Assembly: GCA_035469365.1 (NCBI GenBank)
Contig: DATIRW010000002.1
Span: forward strand, 4,514-28,513
Source of the DNA: Thermoanaerobaculia bacterium
GTDB lineage: Bacteria; Acidobacteriota; Thermoanaerobaculia; UBA5066; Gp7-AA6
Direction: 5' to 3'
Length of the DNA: 24,000 nt
Shown here: piece by piece, positions 23,760 through 24,000 of the stretch
Numbering within the stretch: the stretch's first letter is position 1
Layout of the letters: every line of letters starts with the position of its first letter
Notes under the pieces: generated by a model
Told to the model about the DNA's origin: nothing
The model's database searches: none
The model's input: only the letters and a program-made list of their open reading frames with translations
Position numbers and translations under genes: made by a program

Positions 23760-23987
23760 ATGGCTCAACATTGCCAGTTCTGCGGAAAGATCCCGATGAC
23801 CGGGCACCGGATCAGCCACGCCCACAACGTCACCAACCGAAAGTGGCACCTGAACCTGAAGGAAGTCCGCGCCGTCGTCGGCGGCGTGACACGCCGCGTG
23901 CGCGCCTGCACGCGATGCATCCGCTCGGGCAAGCTGACCAAGCCCGTCGCCCGGGCCAAGACCCAGGTGGTAGGTGGTGGGTCGTAG
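23760..23987 (+). CDS. rpmB: 50S ribosomal protein L28 (Cys-containing, zinc-ribbon form)
   Basis: The sequence MAQHCQFCGKIPMTGHRISHAHNVTNRKWHLNLKEVRAVV...CTRCIRSGKL matches the L28 signature (C..CGK....G..VSHA.N.T.R....NL) and has both CxxC pairs. Confidence 0.93.
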   Translation: MAQHCQFCGKIPMTGHRISHAHNVTNRKWHLNLKEVRAVVGGVTRRVRACTRCIRSGKLTKPVARAKTQVVGGGS

Positions 23988-24000
23988 GTGCTAGGGGCCG

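Noticed and set aside
23522-23849. ORFs 23522-23746 (+, 74 aa) and 23553-23849 (-, 98 aa) in the pilM-rpmB spacer
   Set aside because: They overlap each other, and the second also overlaps rpmB antisense. They have no SD and no recognisable motifs, and they span obviously non-coding repeats and promoter-like sequence.

Overview
GC-rich bacterial chromosomal segment with strong GC3 bias. The pilQ secretin indicates a diderm host. I cannot assign a lineage from sequence alone. I recognise 23 protein genes plus one possible small ORF. All except gdh and rpmB lie on the minus strand, and many are joined by 4-nt start/stop overlaps.

Gene order, left to right: proS (5' fragment); Zn-ribbon/TPR protein; 3-hydroxyacyl-CoA dehydrogenase; a three-gene ECF sigma / zinc anti-sigma / beta-helix membrane protein module; glutamate dehydrogenase (+); DUF721 (DciA-like) protein; 2-hydroxyacid dehydrogenase; a possible 54-aa membrane ORF; exported HEAT-repeat cyclophilin; metallophosphoesterase; a ThiE-AroK fusion; accC; accB; Roadblock/LC7 protein; TPR protein; a large Ig/IPT/DUF11 surface protein; a 200-aa lipoprotein; pilQ-P-O-N-M; rpmB (+).

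I found no rRNA, tRNA, CRISPR array, transposase, integrase or recognisable defence genes. Most of the window is housekeeping.

The least explained parts are:
- two uncharacterised exported proteins co-operonic with pilMNOPQ;
- a TPR plus Roadblock pair with no GTPase, wired to accBC;
- a heptanucleotide tandem repeat that forms a strand-specific hairpin over the thiE-aroK start;
- the ECF sigma / anti-sigma / beta-helix module;
- several structured or periodic intergenic repeats.

All product calls rest on motif recognition by eye. No database search was possible. The many long Arg/Pro/Gly-rich ORFs in the supplied track are antisense shadows typical of high-GC DNA.
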